DNA of 64,000 nucleotides from an uncultured delta proteobacterium (GTDB lineage Bacteria > Desulfobacterota > DSM-4660 > Desulfatiglandales > HGW-15), in NCBI GenBank assembly GCA_963707125.1, contig CAVPOU010000013.1, positions 128,007-192,006 on the forward strand, given 5' to 3'. Positions within the stretch are counted from its first letter, which is position 1. Each line of letters opens with the position of its first letter. Shown here in pieces: positions 36,185 to 45,428 of this stretch. The notes below the pieces were generated by a model. It did no database searches. It worked only from the letters and a program-made list of their open reading frames with translations, and was not told the DNA's origin. The position numbers were made by a program, and so were the translations under genes.

Positions 36185-37240
36185 CTAAGAGGAAACCCCG
36201 TCCTTCCGGACATTCTGCAGGCTTAACCATTCGCGGGTTTTGTCTATAAGATTTCCCTTCTCTTCGGACAAATTCTGGAAGAAAGCAACGAAATCTTTGA
36301 TGGAGTTTCCTTTCCGGGCCAGAACGCTTTCGAAAAGCAAGTAATGGCGATGGTAGAGGCCCACGGACATCAAGTAGGCATTGTTAAGCCCGGCTTGACC
36401 GAAATTCGCAAAACGCCGAGTCCTCATCCGGCCCTTGACCCCTTCAAAGGGGTCCAGATGGCGGGTGAAGATCTTTTCCCTTCCAGAGAGCTTCAGGCCA
36501 TAGGTCATTTGTGCATCCTTGTAAAGGGCATCCAATTCCGATAGAAGGGAGGCCAGGAAGGTGGAGAAAAGGATCTCATCGGCGATGGAATCCCGCGCTT
36601 CCAGGGTCGCAGGGTGAGCAGGGCCAAACGTTTGTTCGAGGAAGAGCAGGGCGCCCCGTTTCCCGATCAGTTGTGCCAGACCTTCGTTGAACTCACCCTG
36701 TCCTTTGACATAGAGGGTGGTGTGGACCATCTCGTGGAGAATCGTCTCGACGAGGTTCAGGTCCGAGCCCTGGATCAGATTCAATGGGAGGGGATCTTTG
36801 AACCAGCCGAGGGTGCTGTATGCCTCCGCTCTTCCGACAAAGGTGTCGAGGTCTTTGGCCAGGAGCCTGTCTCTTTCCGTTCTGGCGCGATCGAGCTCGA
36901 AGAAACCCAGGTAGGGGACACGTCCCGCCACAGGGAACCACCAGGTCACCAACGTCAGTTCGTCCTTTGGGGACGCGGACACGGTGTAAATGGGAGACTG
37001 ATCTCTCAGGTTGATGGTTTCATAATTTTCGGATTTCTTAAGTCCTAACTCATTTTCTCCAAAATCCTTGATGTGGGAAACCAGGGAAAGCCGTCTTTTT
37101 TCGGGGGAAGGGAGGGATTCCTGCTGGAGAGCCTCTTCCACCGGAACAGCATGATAAAGAAACCGAAACTGCCCTGCTGCGGCGTGAAAGAGATAGCCCA
37201 CTTGACAGCCTGAGGTAAGGAGCAGAACAGGCAGGAACAT
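36185..37240 (-). CDS. Lipoprotein zinc aminopeptidase (predicted-aminopeptidase / DUF2265-like)
   Basis: Lipobox LLLTSGC and HExxH motif (ILHEMVHTTLY). The family name is from memory. Confidence 0.6.
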   Translation of the reverse strand: MFLPVLLLTSGCQVGYLFHAAAGQFRFLYHAVPVEEALQQESLPSPEKRRLSLVSHIKDFGENELGLKKSENYETINLRDQSPIYTVSASPKDELTLVTWWFPVAGRVPYLGFFELDRARTERDRLLAKDLDTFVGRAEAYSTLGWFKDPLPLNLIQGSDLNLVETILHEMVHTTLYVKGQGEFNEGLAQLIGKRGALLFLEQTFGPAHPATLEARDSIADEILFSTFLASLLSELDALYKDAQMTYGLKLSGREKIFTRHLDPFEGVKGRMRTRRFANFGQAGLNNAYLMSVGLYHRHYLLFESVLARKGNSIKDFVAFFQNLSEEKGNLIDKTREWLSLQNVRKDGVSS

Positions 37241-37316
37241 GAAAAGCCTTGGAAATTGCCCGGGATCTTGTGCATCATCGGTTTGCTATTTTCCATGTTG
37301 AGTTCATGCCCTGTAC

Positions 37317-37402
37317 CACGGACAAACTCTGTTTGTCCGTGCCACCCAATACGCACGAATAGCTTTCTTGCGGTGCCACGGACAAACGTCTGTTTGTCCG
37401 TG
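37317..37402. repeat. Two copies of a perfect palindrome CACGGACAAAC-N3/4-GTTTGTCCGTG, 60 bp apart
   Basis: Copy 1 is 37317-37341 and copy 2 is 37377-37402, with identical 11-bp arms. A CCTTGCACC-type word run follows (37409-37440). Located 77-162 bp upstream of the aminopeptidase start. Confidence 0.9.
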
Positions 37403-37598
37403 TGCGTGAGCCTTGCACCTTGCGCCTTACCCCTTGCACCGTTATTCAATGTCCTTCTCATACCAGTGCTCAAAAACGATCAGATTCCATAACTGCCATG
37501 AGGTGTGCTGACGGCCGCTGGGAGACAGATCGATGATGTAGTTAGAATACTATCTCTTTTTTGACGGGTTCTCCAATGGAAAATCAAAAAATCACAAA

Positions 37599-37973
37599 TC
37601 AGCCATCGCAAATCCCTCCATTTTGGCGCCTCACGAATATGAGATTTGATGTCAGGTGTTTCATGGAATCCACCAAGCGATAGGTGGTCATCTGCCCAGC
37701 GGGCGCCCCCTCATCCAGGAGTTCGAACTCCAGGGGAGTTTCCCCATTGAGGGTTCGGAGGAGAGTGCCTCCCCTCACAATGTGAATTGTCACGGGGACC
37801 TTTTCATCTCCTCTGAGCCATGATCCGGACCAATAGTAAAAGGGGGAGATGATGGAGCCTGGAACAAGGATCATGCAGGCCGGGACAGGGCTCGCAAAGA
37901 GGAGAGAAAGCAGGAACAGGAGAAGGAGTGCACTGATCCGTTTGCGGGCTGCAGGCCCTTGGCTAGTTATCAT
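37599..37973 (-). CDS. Hypothetical exported protein
   Basis: 124-aa ORF with a hydrophobic signal-like N-terminus (ISALLLLFLLSLLFASPVPA). No recognisable domain. Confidence 0.35.
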   Translation of the reverse strand: MITSQGPAARKRISALLLLFLLSLLFASPVPACMILVPGSIISPFYYWSGSWLRGDEKVPVTIHIVRGGTLLRTLNGETPLEFELLDEGAPAGQMTTYRLVDSMKHLTSNLIFVRRQNGGICDG

Positions 37974-38110
37974 GAGATCTTCAACAACTCTTTTGAATTG
38001 ACAGTGGGACAGCTGTTGACTTAAACTGCTATTACTTTGAATTTAAACACATTCTCCGCGGGCTGTTTACTCCAAAGAAGCCTGAATCTCGTTGTCCCGG
38101 GGAAGGCGCT

Positions 38111-38957
38111 ATGAAAATCAAGTTTTGGGGCACGCGTGGCTCCATTGCTGTTCCTGGCAGAGACACCATTCTTTATGGCGGAAACACGACGTGTCTCGAG
38201 ATCACCCTGGAGAGCGGGCGCGTTATCATCATTGATGCCGGAACCGGGATCAGACCTCTCGGTGACAAGCTGTCAGCCGAGAGCGAAACCCTGGATATTC
38301 ACCTTCTCATCACCCACATCCACTGGGATCACGTGCTCGGCTTTCCTTACTTCGGCCCTCTTTACAAGGGCTCGACCCATCTGAAGATCGACGGCTACCA
38401 TACGTGCATGAACGGGCTCAAGAACACCTTCGAAAACAAGATGGGGGATGGGTTTTTCCCGGTCAAATTTACAGACCTCAAAGCCAAAATCACATATCTG
38501 GAGAAACTGCGCCATGGCGCCCTTGAAGTGGACGGGGCAGTGATCAGTTCTGCACCCCTCCATCATCCCCAGGGCGGATTCGCATTCCGGTTCAAAGAAG
38601 GGAATAAGAGTTTTCGTTTTCATGACGGATAACGAACTCCGTGAGGATGAGTGGAAGGGCAGGACCCCGAAGGATTATATCAAGTTCTGCAAGGGGGCTG
38701 ACATCCTGGTCCATGACTCTCAGTATATCCCTGGAGAGATTGAAGACCATCGTGATTGGGGGCACTCCGACTACGGAGCTGCTTTCGCAATGGCTGACAA
38801 AGCCAACGTGAAAAGACTCGTCCTGACCCACCACGATCCTGCCAGGACCGATCTCGAAGTGACCGCCCTGACAACGGAGTGTGAAGCCCTTGCCAGAGCA
38901 AAAAAATCCGGCATGGTCATCGAAGCAGCGATGGAAATGAGCGAGCTGGAGCTCTAG
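38111..38957 (+). pseudogene. MBL-fold metallo-hydrolase interrupted by one frameshift
   Basis: ORFs 38111-38632 and 38622-38957 together form one MBL protein (LLITHIHWDHVLGFPYF ... LVHDSQY ... WGHSDY ... LTHHDP). The frame changes within 38611-38621, consistent with one extra base near 38615. Confidence 0.7.
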
Positions 38958-38961
38958 CCGC

Positions 38962-39408
38962 ATGGACAAAATCTTTGAACTGATCACTCAGCCGGAAAAG
39001 GAAGAGGGAAAAAAGACAGAAGTGCGGCTCGGCATCAGGGTCAAGCTCTCCTCTTTTGAAACGACCTGCTTTGTCACCCAACCCTGTCAGTCCTATCGAG
39101 CCCTGGAATCCGAGGTCCAGGGCATCCGGCAGAATATTGAAAATGTGTTGAAAGAGGCCCGGGATGTCTTTGAGGGTTCCTCAAGAAAAGACAGTCTCGG
39201 TTTGAGACCGGATATGAACGCAGGAGAAATCTGGCCCATTCTTTCCGCGATCCTTGATGAAGGGGATTTTATCCAGGCCTTCAATGCTCTGGAGGAAGGG
39301 AAAAGGAAAGAGGTTGCCGAGCATGTCCTCACCCACTGCAACGTTTTCTCCGGCAGGGCAGCCGTTTTTTCCTCACGCTATGACGATAAATCCGCATTAA
39401 TGGAATAA
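38962..39408 (+). CDS. Hypothetical protein
   Basis: 148-aa ORF whose codon usage matches its neighbours. Starts 5 nt after the MBL stop. No recognisable motif. Confidence 0.35.
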   Translation: MDKIFELITQPEKEEGKKTEVRLGIRVKLSSFETTCFVTQPCQSYRALESEVQGIRQNIENVLKEARDVFEGSSRKDSLGLRPDMNAGEIWPILSAILDEGDFIQAFNALEEGKRKEVAEHVLTHCNVFSGRAAVFSSRYDDKSALME

Positions 39409-39675
39409 GCTTCTCACCGTGCGCCCGCCGAACAGCGTAGTGCCCTTTTCTCCACAGGGGTGCGGTGCCCGGAAGCGCTACCGGTCCAGGCAAGATGTAA
39501 ACAGAGGGGCGGCTCTAGTTTTCTCCAAGAACAGCGAAAAGTCCGCCAACTCGCCTGGGAATTGAATGAAAAGAAGGCTGCACCAAAGAGGCACGGATAG
39601 GGAACCCCATTTCTCAGTGTGAGCAATGTGTTGGTCTTTCTCTGGTAACTTCTCAATAAGTCCGGTAACTGCTAT

Positions 39676-39728
39676 GGATTCTCGGTGGGCCTGTCCCGGA
39701 TCAGGGTCCGGGACAGGCGCCGGAATCC
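39676..39728. repeat. Long GC-rich hairpin (REP-like, CCGGATCAGGGTCCGGGACAGG type)
   Basis: Core stem CCTGTCCCGGA (39690-39700) pairs with TCCGGGACAGG (39707-39717). Outer pairing is GGATTC (39676-39681) with GAATCC (39723-39728). Confidence 0.85.
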
Positions 39729-40126
39729 AGACAACACGGCGTTCCACAGTGCTCCCGGATTTATGGAGAGGTTACGGTTTTAGGGTTCGCAACCTATGAA
39801 ATGCGACTTTAAGGACAGAAAGGCAGGGGATCAAAGGAAGGGCTATCAGATTCAAGGCTACGGAGTCGAAAGGAGGAGCCCATGTTCCCGGCATTCCTCG
39901 ACAAGCGAGTAGGAGAAGAAATCGTTTATCTTCGGTCTGGCAGCTGGGCTGACGCGCTCTGTCTACCGCATCAGCTGGCACCCCACATGATGCGCTCACG
40001 TGCACCCACTTCGGTCTCTTGACGTACAAAATGCTGCTTGATATACTGCCTTGAAAAAGGAATTTCTTATCAAATGATTGCCCCCAAAACGAACGCAAAA
40101 GATCGCTCTTTCGTAGACAAAACACT

Positions 40127-40621
40127 TTGTGTCATGGGAGCTTTTTTTTTCGCTTCCGAAGTAAAGTGTTTCCAGTTACTTACCTGCTAGTGGCGCTTTT
40201 TGTTCGGCCTGCATTTTTTGCGGGGAATCCGAAATGGGATCCCTTTGTGACCGGTATCGGTCTGATGGTGGCTATGCTCGGTGAAACCGTCAGATGTCTC
40301 ACGATCGGTCTCGTCTACTCCATCGTCCGGGGGGGGCGCGACCACCGGGTTTACGCAAAAGACCTCGTGACGGAGGGCATCTATGCACATACGCGCAATC
40401 CGATGTATGTAGGCAATCTCTTGTTCGCCTTGGGGTTCTGCCTGATGTACGGTTCGCCCTGGACGTTCCTCGCTATTTTTCCTTTCTTTCTTCTGGTCTA
40501 CTTCAGTATCGTCTTTGAAGAAGAGCGTTTCCTGAGGGAGCAATTTGGAGAAAAGTATGACGAGTACGTTCGCGATACGAACCGCTTCGTGCCTCGGCTA
40601 AGGGGCTGGCACAGACAATGA
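40127..40621 (+). CDS. Isoprenylcysteine carboxyl / phospholipid methyltransferase-family membrane protein
   Basis: C-terminal THTRNPMYVGNLLFALGFCLMYGS...EEERFLREQFGEKYDEYVRDTNRFVP is the ICMT/PEMT signature region. The start is uncertain because the ORF opens with TTG. Confidence 0.6.
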   Translation: MCHGSFFFRFRSKVFPVTYLLVALFVRPAFFAGNPKWDPFVTGIGLMVAMLGETVRCLTIGLVYSIVRGGRDHRVYAKDLVTEGIYAHTRNPMYVGNLLFALGFCLMYGSPWTFLAIFPFFLLVYFSIVFEEERFLREQFGEKYDEYVRDTNRFVPRLRGWHRQ

Positions 40622-40839
40622 GACAGCATCCCTTCGACTGGAAAAGGGTGATCGCCAAGGAGTATGGGACCCTGTTCATTTTTTTTTGTGGCGCTTACGT
40701 TCTTCTGATCGCCAAATACCTCTACTTGATCGGCCCGGTCGGCATACTCGGCCGTCCCGGGCTCTTGGTTCTATTTTCAATTCCTTTTTTTATCTTATAC
40801 GGCGTGGCTCGCTTCCTGAAGAAAACAGATCGCATATAG
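40618..40839 (+). CDS. Small two-TM membrane protein
   Basis: 73 aa. ATGA overlap with the preceding methyltransferase. Two hydrophobic helices. Confidence 0.35.
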   Translation: MRQHPFDWKRVIAKEYGTLFIFFCGAYVLLIAKYLYLIGPVGILGRPGLLVLFSIPFFILYGVARFLKKTDRI

Positions 40840-40935
40840 GTTTCCTCTCTTTCCGTTCATAGCGGACTACATCATCCCGTACCGTCCGCCTTCGCCGCAA
40901 TACCTTGTCCCCTGCATGATGCGTCCCCTTCGCTC

Positions 40936-40965
40936 TTGACACACAAGGGCAGATTCCCTTATACT
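40936..40965 (+). promoter_or_regulatory. Near-consensus sigma-70-type promoter pointing into the shikimate block
   Basis: TTGACA (40936-40941), 18-nt spacer, TATACT (40960-40965). Lies in high-GC-type DNA about 155 nt upstream of the first low-GC gene. Confidence 0.35.
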
Positions 40966-41118
40966 CCCGCCCATCTGAAGCGAGTTCTTATGAGCTGACC
41001 TCGCCTTGCGGGGATGAAAAGATTCTTAAAGAAGCAAAGGACAGGATCATGAAGATCTTGAAATGACAGGCACCCGGGTTACTCTTCTGACCCAAAATAG
41101 TAATACTGGATATAGAAT

Positions 41119-42207
41119 ATGGTAATAGCGAATAACATACAATCCATCACGTCATGGAAGAGTTTCAGGCAGCGCCCGCTTATTATTGCAGGCCCTTGCA
41201 GTGCCGAGACGGAAGAGCAGATGATGAATACAGCCAGGCAATTGGCTGAAACAGTCAAAGTGGACATCTTCAGGGCAGGCATCTGGAAACCCCGCACCAG
41301 GCCTAATGCCTTCGAAGGCGTTGGCGTCAAAGGGTTGAAATGGCTGAAGCAGGTGAAGCAGGAATTCAATCTGCCTGTTGGTACTGAAGTAGCTAGTGAA
41401 AAGCATGTTTATGAAGCATTGAAATATGGCATTGATGTGCTATGGATAGGCGCGCGCACCTCTGCCAACCCGTTTGCCGTACAGGAGATAGCTGATGCGT
41501 TGCATGGCGTTGATGTCACTGTGCTGATCAAAAATCCGATCAATCCCGACCTGGAATTGTGGATTGGCGCCATCGAACGTGTTCATAAGGCAGGCATCAA
41601 TACAATAGGCGTCATACACCGCGGATTCTCCACCTATGAGAAAACACAGTACCGCAATCTGCCCAAGTGGCAGATGCCTATCGAACTCATGAGGCGCATA
41701 CCCAATCTGCCTATAATCTGCGATCCCAGCCATATGGCTGGAGATACATTATACCTCCATGAGATCTCGCAGAAAGCCATTGACCTGAATTTCGACGGAC
41801 TGATGATCGAATCACATATTGACCCGGCCCATGCATGGAGTGATGCGCAGCAGCAGATCATGCCTAACGAACTGCTGGAACTCCTTAGCCGGCTGATCAT
41901 GCGCGTGCCCGTGTCAAACGACAGTAAATTCCTCGATCTGTTGGGTGAACTGAGAACACAGATCGACCTCTATGACGACCAGCTTCTCGACTTGATGGAA
42001 CAGCGCATGAAGGTGGCTGAAACCATCGGGAGATATAAAAAAGAGAATAACATCACTATCCTTCAGGCAAGCCGTTGGGACCAGATCATACGGAAGGCTA
42101 TTGAGAAAGGCGACAAAAAAGGGCTTAGTGCTGAATTTATTGATAAGCTGTTCAAAGCGATCCACCAGGAATCAATCAATCACCAGATGAAAGTGATGAA
42201 TAAATAA
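41119..42207 (+). CDS. Bifunctional DAHP synthase (type I-beta) / chorismate mutase (C-terminal CM type II)
   Basis: N-terminal LIIAGPCSAETEEQ...IFRAGIWKPRTRPNAFEGVG and IICDPSH. C-terminal LRTQIDLYDDQLLDLMEQRMKVAETIGRYK is an AroQ-type CM helix. Confidence 0.9.
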   Translation: MVIANNIQSITSWKSFRQRPLIIAGPCSAETEEQMMNTARQLAETVKVDIFRAGIWKPRTRPNAFEGVGVKGLKWLKQVKQEFNLPVGTEVASEKHVYEALKYGIDVLWIGARTSANPFAVQEIADALHGVDVTVLIKNPINPDLELWIGAIERVHKAGINTIGVIHRGFSTYEKTQYRNLPKWQMPIELMRRIPNLPIICDPSHMAGDTLYLHEISQKAIDLNFDGLMIESHIDPAHAWSDAQQQIMPNELLELLSRLIMRVPVSNDSKFLDLLGELRTQIDLYDDQLLDLMEQRMKVAETIGRYKKENNITILQASRWDQIIRKAIEKGDKKGLSAEFIDKLFKAIHQESINHQMKVMNK

Positions 42208-42238
42208 ACCAAGAATAACGCGGCAACACCGAAGAAGC

Positions 42239-43285
42239 ATGAAGAAAATTAAAATACACGGATCAGGCAGTACATCGGTCATTCTTGTAGGCGAACGGAT
42301 AACAAAATTATCCAGTTACCTGCCCCATGGCAAGGCGATCATCATCACGGATAAAAATGTGCATCGCTTGTATCATAAGGAATTAGCCGGATACCCCGTC
42401 ATCGCGATCAGTTTAGGAGAAAAGAATAAAACTTTACAGACCGTTGAATATATCTACAAAAAGCTAGTCGAGCTTGAGGCCGACCGTTCTACATTCATCG
42501 TGGGTGTCGGGGGCGGCATTGTTTGTGATATCACAGGGTTTGCAGCATCAACCTATATGCGCGGACTGCGGTTTGCTTTTGTTCCCACCACCTTGCTTGC
42601 GCAGGTAGATGCCAGCGTAGGTGGCAAGAACGGCGTTAATTTCAACGGGTTTAAAAACATGATCGGTGTGTTCAATCAGCCCGAATTCGTCATCTGCGAC
42701 ATGAAACTGCTGAAGACACTGCCGAAAAAAGAGATCCTGTGCGGATTTGCTGAAATAGTAAAACACGCGTTGATAGCCGATGCGAACATGTTTAATTTCC
42801 TTGAGAAGAACTTAAGGAAAGCTCTTGCCCTTAACAGCAGAATCATTGAAGAACTCGTCTACATGTCTGTTATTATTAAATCAGATGTTGTTAACCAGGA
42901 TGAGCGCGAGAAAGGTTTGCGGAGGATACTGAATTTCGGACATACCCTCGGCCATGCCATTGAAAAATGTTCCGACACATACTCGCACGGAGAAGCCATA
43001 AGCATCGGCATGCTAGCCATCTCAGCTTTGTCGGTGAGAAAAGGGTGGTTAAACCCCGAAGAATACACCAGGATTGAAATGCTCATCCGTTCTATCGGCC
43101 TGCCGGTGCGTGTTCGCATCCCGGCCAGCAGCATTGAAGATGCCATGAGAAAAGATAAAAAGAGAGAAGGTAAGAGTATTCACGTTGTATGCCTCAAGGG
43201 CATTGGCAATCCAACTGTTGAGAAAATGGACGTGGGCCAATTGCCCGCCTTGATAAAAGGAACTGACGTTTTTTATAATCCATAA
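42239..43285 (+). CDS. aroB: 3-dehydroquinate synthase
   Basis: VGGGIVCDITGFAASTYMRGLRFAFVPTTLLAQVDASVGGKNGVN and NFGHTLGHAIE. Confidence 0.9.
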   Translation: MKKIKIHGSGSTSVILVGERITKLSSYLPHGKAIIITDKNVHRLYHKELAGYPVIAISLGEKNKTLQTVEYIYKKLVELEADRSTFIVGVGGGIVCDITGFAASTYMRGLRFAFVPTTLLAQVDASVGGKNGVNFNGFKNMIGVFNQPEFVICDMKLLKTLPKKEILCGFAEIVKHALIADANMFNFLEKNLRKALALNSRIIEELVYMSVIIKSDVVNQDEREKGLRRILNFGHTLGHAIEKCSDTYSHGEAISIGMLAISALSVRKGWLNPEEYTRIEMLIRSIGLPVRVRIPASSIEDAMRKDKKREGKSIHVVCLKGIGNPTVEKMDVGQLPALIKGTDVFYNP

Positions 43286-43297
43286 CTGGTTATCCAT

Positions 43298-43951
43298 ATG
43301 TTATGTGTTTCAATTTCGGAGCCGTCAGTAAAAAAGATCCTCAACCTCATAAAGAAGTCTGAGATTGCAGAGGTCCGACTTGATCTGATGGATCTGAGTG
43401 ATCACGATATTGAGAAAGTATTTTCAGGCGAAGGCAAAATCATTGCCACCTGCCGTGCCGGCAAATTCAGCGATGAAGAGCGGAAGATTAAACTGAAGAA
43501 AGCTATCGAATCAGGCGCTTCCTACGTGGATATTGAGATTGATGCACCAGATGCTTTCAAAACAGAATTGGTATCCTCGGCACGCAAACATAACTGCAAG
43601 GTGATCTTATCCTATCATAATTTCATTGGAACACCGCCGACGGATGAGTTGAACAAGATGGTTGATGCAAGTTTTGCACAGGGGGCGGATATTGCCAAGG
43701 TCGCGTGCCTTGCCAACAGCGAATCGGATGCTTTGAGAATACTTTCGCTTTATGCGAAACACAAGAACCTCGTGGCCCTGGGCATGGGAGAGCACGGAAG
43801 GATCACACGTGTGGCCTCATTGCGGATGGGTGCTCCGTTTTCTTACGTGTCGACCAGTCCAGCCAAGGAAACTGCACCCGGACAGATAACCAGGAAACAG
43901 ATGACAAAAGTATTGGAAGGATTGCCAAAGAGAGATTCAATGAAGCCATGA
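43298..43951 (+). CDS. aroD: Type I 3-dehydroquinate dehydratase
   Basis: 217 aa. AEVRLDLM, ATCR, GASYVDIEID and GADIAKVAC (Schiff-base lysine region). Confidence 0.85.
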   Translation: MLCVSISEPSVKKILNLIKKSEIAEVRLDLMDLSDHDIEKVFSGEGKIIATCRAGKFSDEERKIKLKKAIESGASYVDIEIDAPDAFKTELVSSARKHNCKVILSYHNFIGTPPTDELNKMVDASFAQGADIAKVACLANSESDALRILSLYAKHKNLVALGMGEHGRITRVASLRMGAPFSYVSTSPAKETAPGQITRKQMTKVLEGLPKRDSMKP

Positions 43952-44123
43952 TACGGGCAATGTCTGCCTGAGTATTTGCTTTCATTACAGCTGTGACGGC
44001 AACCTTTCTCTGGAATCTTTTTAAGTTTAATAAATATAAAGTTGAATGGAAGGGAATCTTGGTTATCACTTTGACCATGGGTGCTGTCTTCTTTCTGAAC
44101 GGAACAAGAAAAAGAAATCAACA

Positions 44124-45428
44124 ATGAAAATGTTCGCAGTTACGGGTGATCCTATCCTTCACAGCAAGAGTCCGGATATTTTCGGAGCTGTGTTCACGAA
44201 AAATGGCATAGATGCTGCCTATTTTCGCCTGGCAGCTGATACGGCAGGTGAAGCCGTGGGGGTGATGAAGGCGCTGGAACTAACAGGGTTGAATGTTACC
44301 GCACCTTACAAAGGCGATGTCATCCCGTTCCTTGACGAAACAGATACAGATGCGGAAAAGATTCATGCAGTAAATACGATCGTGAATGATAACGGCCGGC
44401 TGAAAGGTTACAACACCGATTATATCGGAGTTATTGAGTCGTTCAGGGATAAAAATGTAGAGCTAAAAAATAGGGCCTGCGTCGTTATCGGCGCCGGCGG
44501 CGCTGGAAGAGCCGCCCTTTACGGCATTCATAAAGCAGGTGCGGATTGCATCGTCATTGATATTGATGAGAAACTGGCTGAACGCGTTGCCCGTGAATCC
44601 GGATGCAATGCTGCAAAATACGATCAGCTTGAATCATGCGTCATATCTTCCGATATTGTCGTTTATGCAGTGGATGCCTCTACAATCAACATACTGAAAG
44701 AGGAAACGATCAGGCCGGATCAGGTGATCTACGACGTGAATTACAAACAGTCATTCCTTACGGAACTGGCCGGTAAAAAAGGATGCCGCATGGTCACTGG
44801 CGCCGATATGCTCATCAACCAGGCGGTACCGGCATATAAATATTTTCTCGGGAACGATCCGGATAAAAAACTGATGTGGGAAGGCTTCAATACCAAACCC
44901 TTAGGCAACAAAGAAGGAACAATCGCGCTTGTCGGTTTTATGGCTACAGGGAAAACAAGTGTTGGAGCTGCTCTCGCGCAGAAATTCGGATATGAGTTCA
45001 TTGAGCTGGATGAACTGATCGTTAAAACAACGGGGATGACGATAGCAGATATGTTCAGGATAAAAGGTGAATCGGCCTTCCGGGCCATTGAAAAGGACAT
45101 TCTAAACCAAGAGATAAACAGGACGAATGTTGTTGTTTCATGCGGAGGAGGCGTTGTCATTTATCAGGAAAACAGGCGTATCCTTAAAGAGCACGCATTG
45201 ACGATTTGGCTTTATAATTCTATTGAAACAAGCGTGAAACGAGGGAACGACGGCACAAGGCCTTTGCTGAATGTTGATAATCCGGTTCAAACAGCAAGAA
45301 ACCTTTTTGACAACCGAAAAGGATATTATGCCGATGCCGCAGACCTCATGGTGAATACTGAGAATAAACAAGTGGAAGCAATCGTACACAAAATATATGC
45401 AGAGATTAGTAAGGCCTTCGGACATTAA
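44124..45428 (+). CDS. Shikimate dehydrogenase / shikimate kinase fusion
   Basis: N-terminal AroE (FAVTGDPILHSKSPDIF, NVTAPYK, GYNTDYIG, VIGAGGAGRA). C-terminal AroK (Walker A VGFMATGKTSVG, SCGGGVV). ATG at 44124. Confidence 0.85.
   Translation: MKMFAVTGDPILHSKSPDIFGAVFTKNGIDAAYFRLAADTAGEAVGVMKALELTGLNVTAPYKGDVIPFLDETDTDAEKIHAVNTIVNDNGRLKGYNTDYIGVIESFRDKNVELKNRACVVIGAGGAGRAALYGIHKAGADCIVIDIDEKLAERVARESGCNAAKYDQLESCVISSDIVVYAVDASTINILKEETIRPDQVIYDVNYKQSFLTELAGKKGCRMVTGADMLINQAVPAYKYFLGNDPDKKLMWEGFNTKPLGNKEGTIALVGFMATGKTSVGAALAQKFGYEFIELDELIVKTTGMTIADMFRIKGESAFRAIEKDILNQEINRTNVVVSCGGGVVIYQENRRILKEHALTIWLYNSIETSVKRGNDGTRPLLNVDNPVQTARNLFDNRKGYYADAADLMVNTENKQVEAIVHKIYAEISKAFGH

Noticed and set aside
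39781-39796. tRNA-like T-arm (tagg-gttcgcaa-ccta)
   Set aside because: The loop has 8 nt rather than 7. There is no complementary acceptor stem at the expected distance and no D or anticodon arms.
40966-41118. Mini-ORFs (MKRFLKKQRTGS*, MKILK*) as a leader peptide for aromatic amino acid attenuation
   Set aside because: There are no Phe, Tyr or Trp codon runs and no associated terminator/antiterminator structure.
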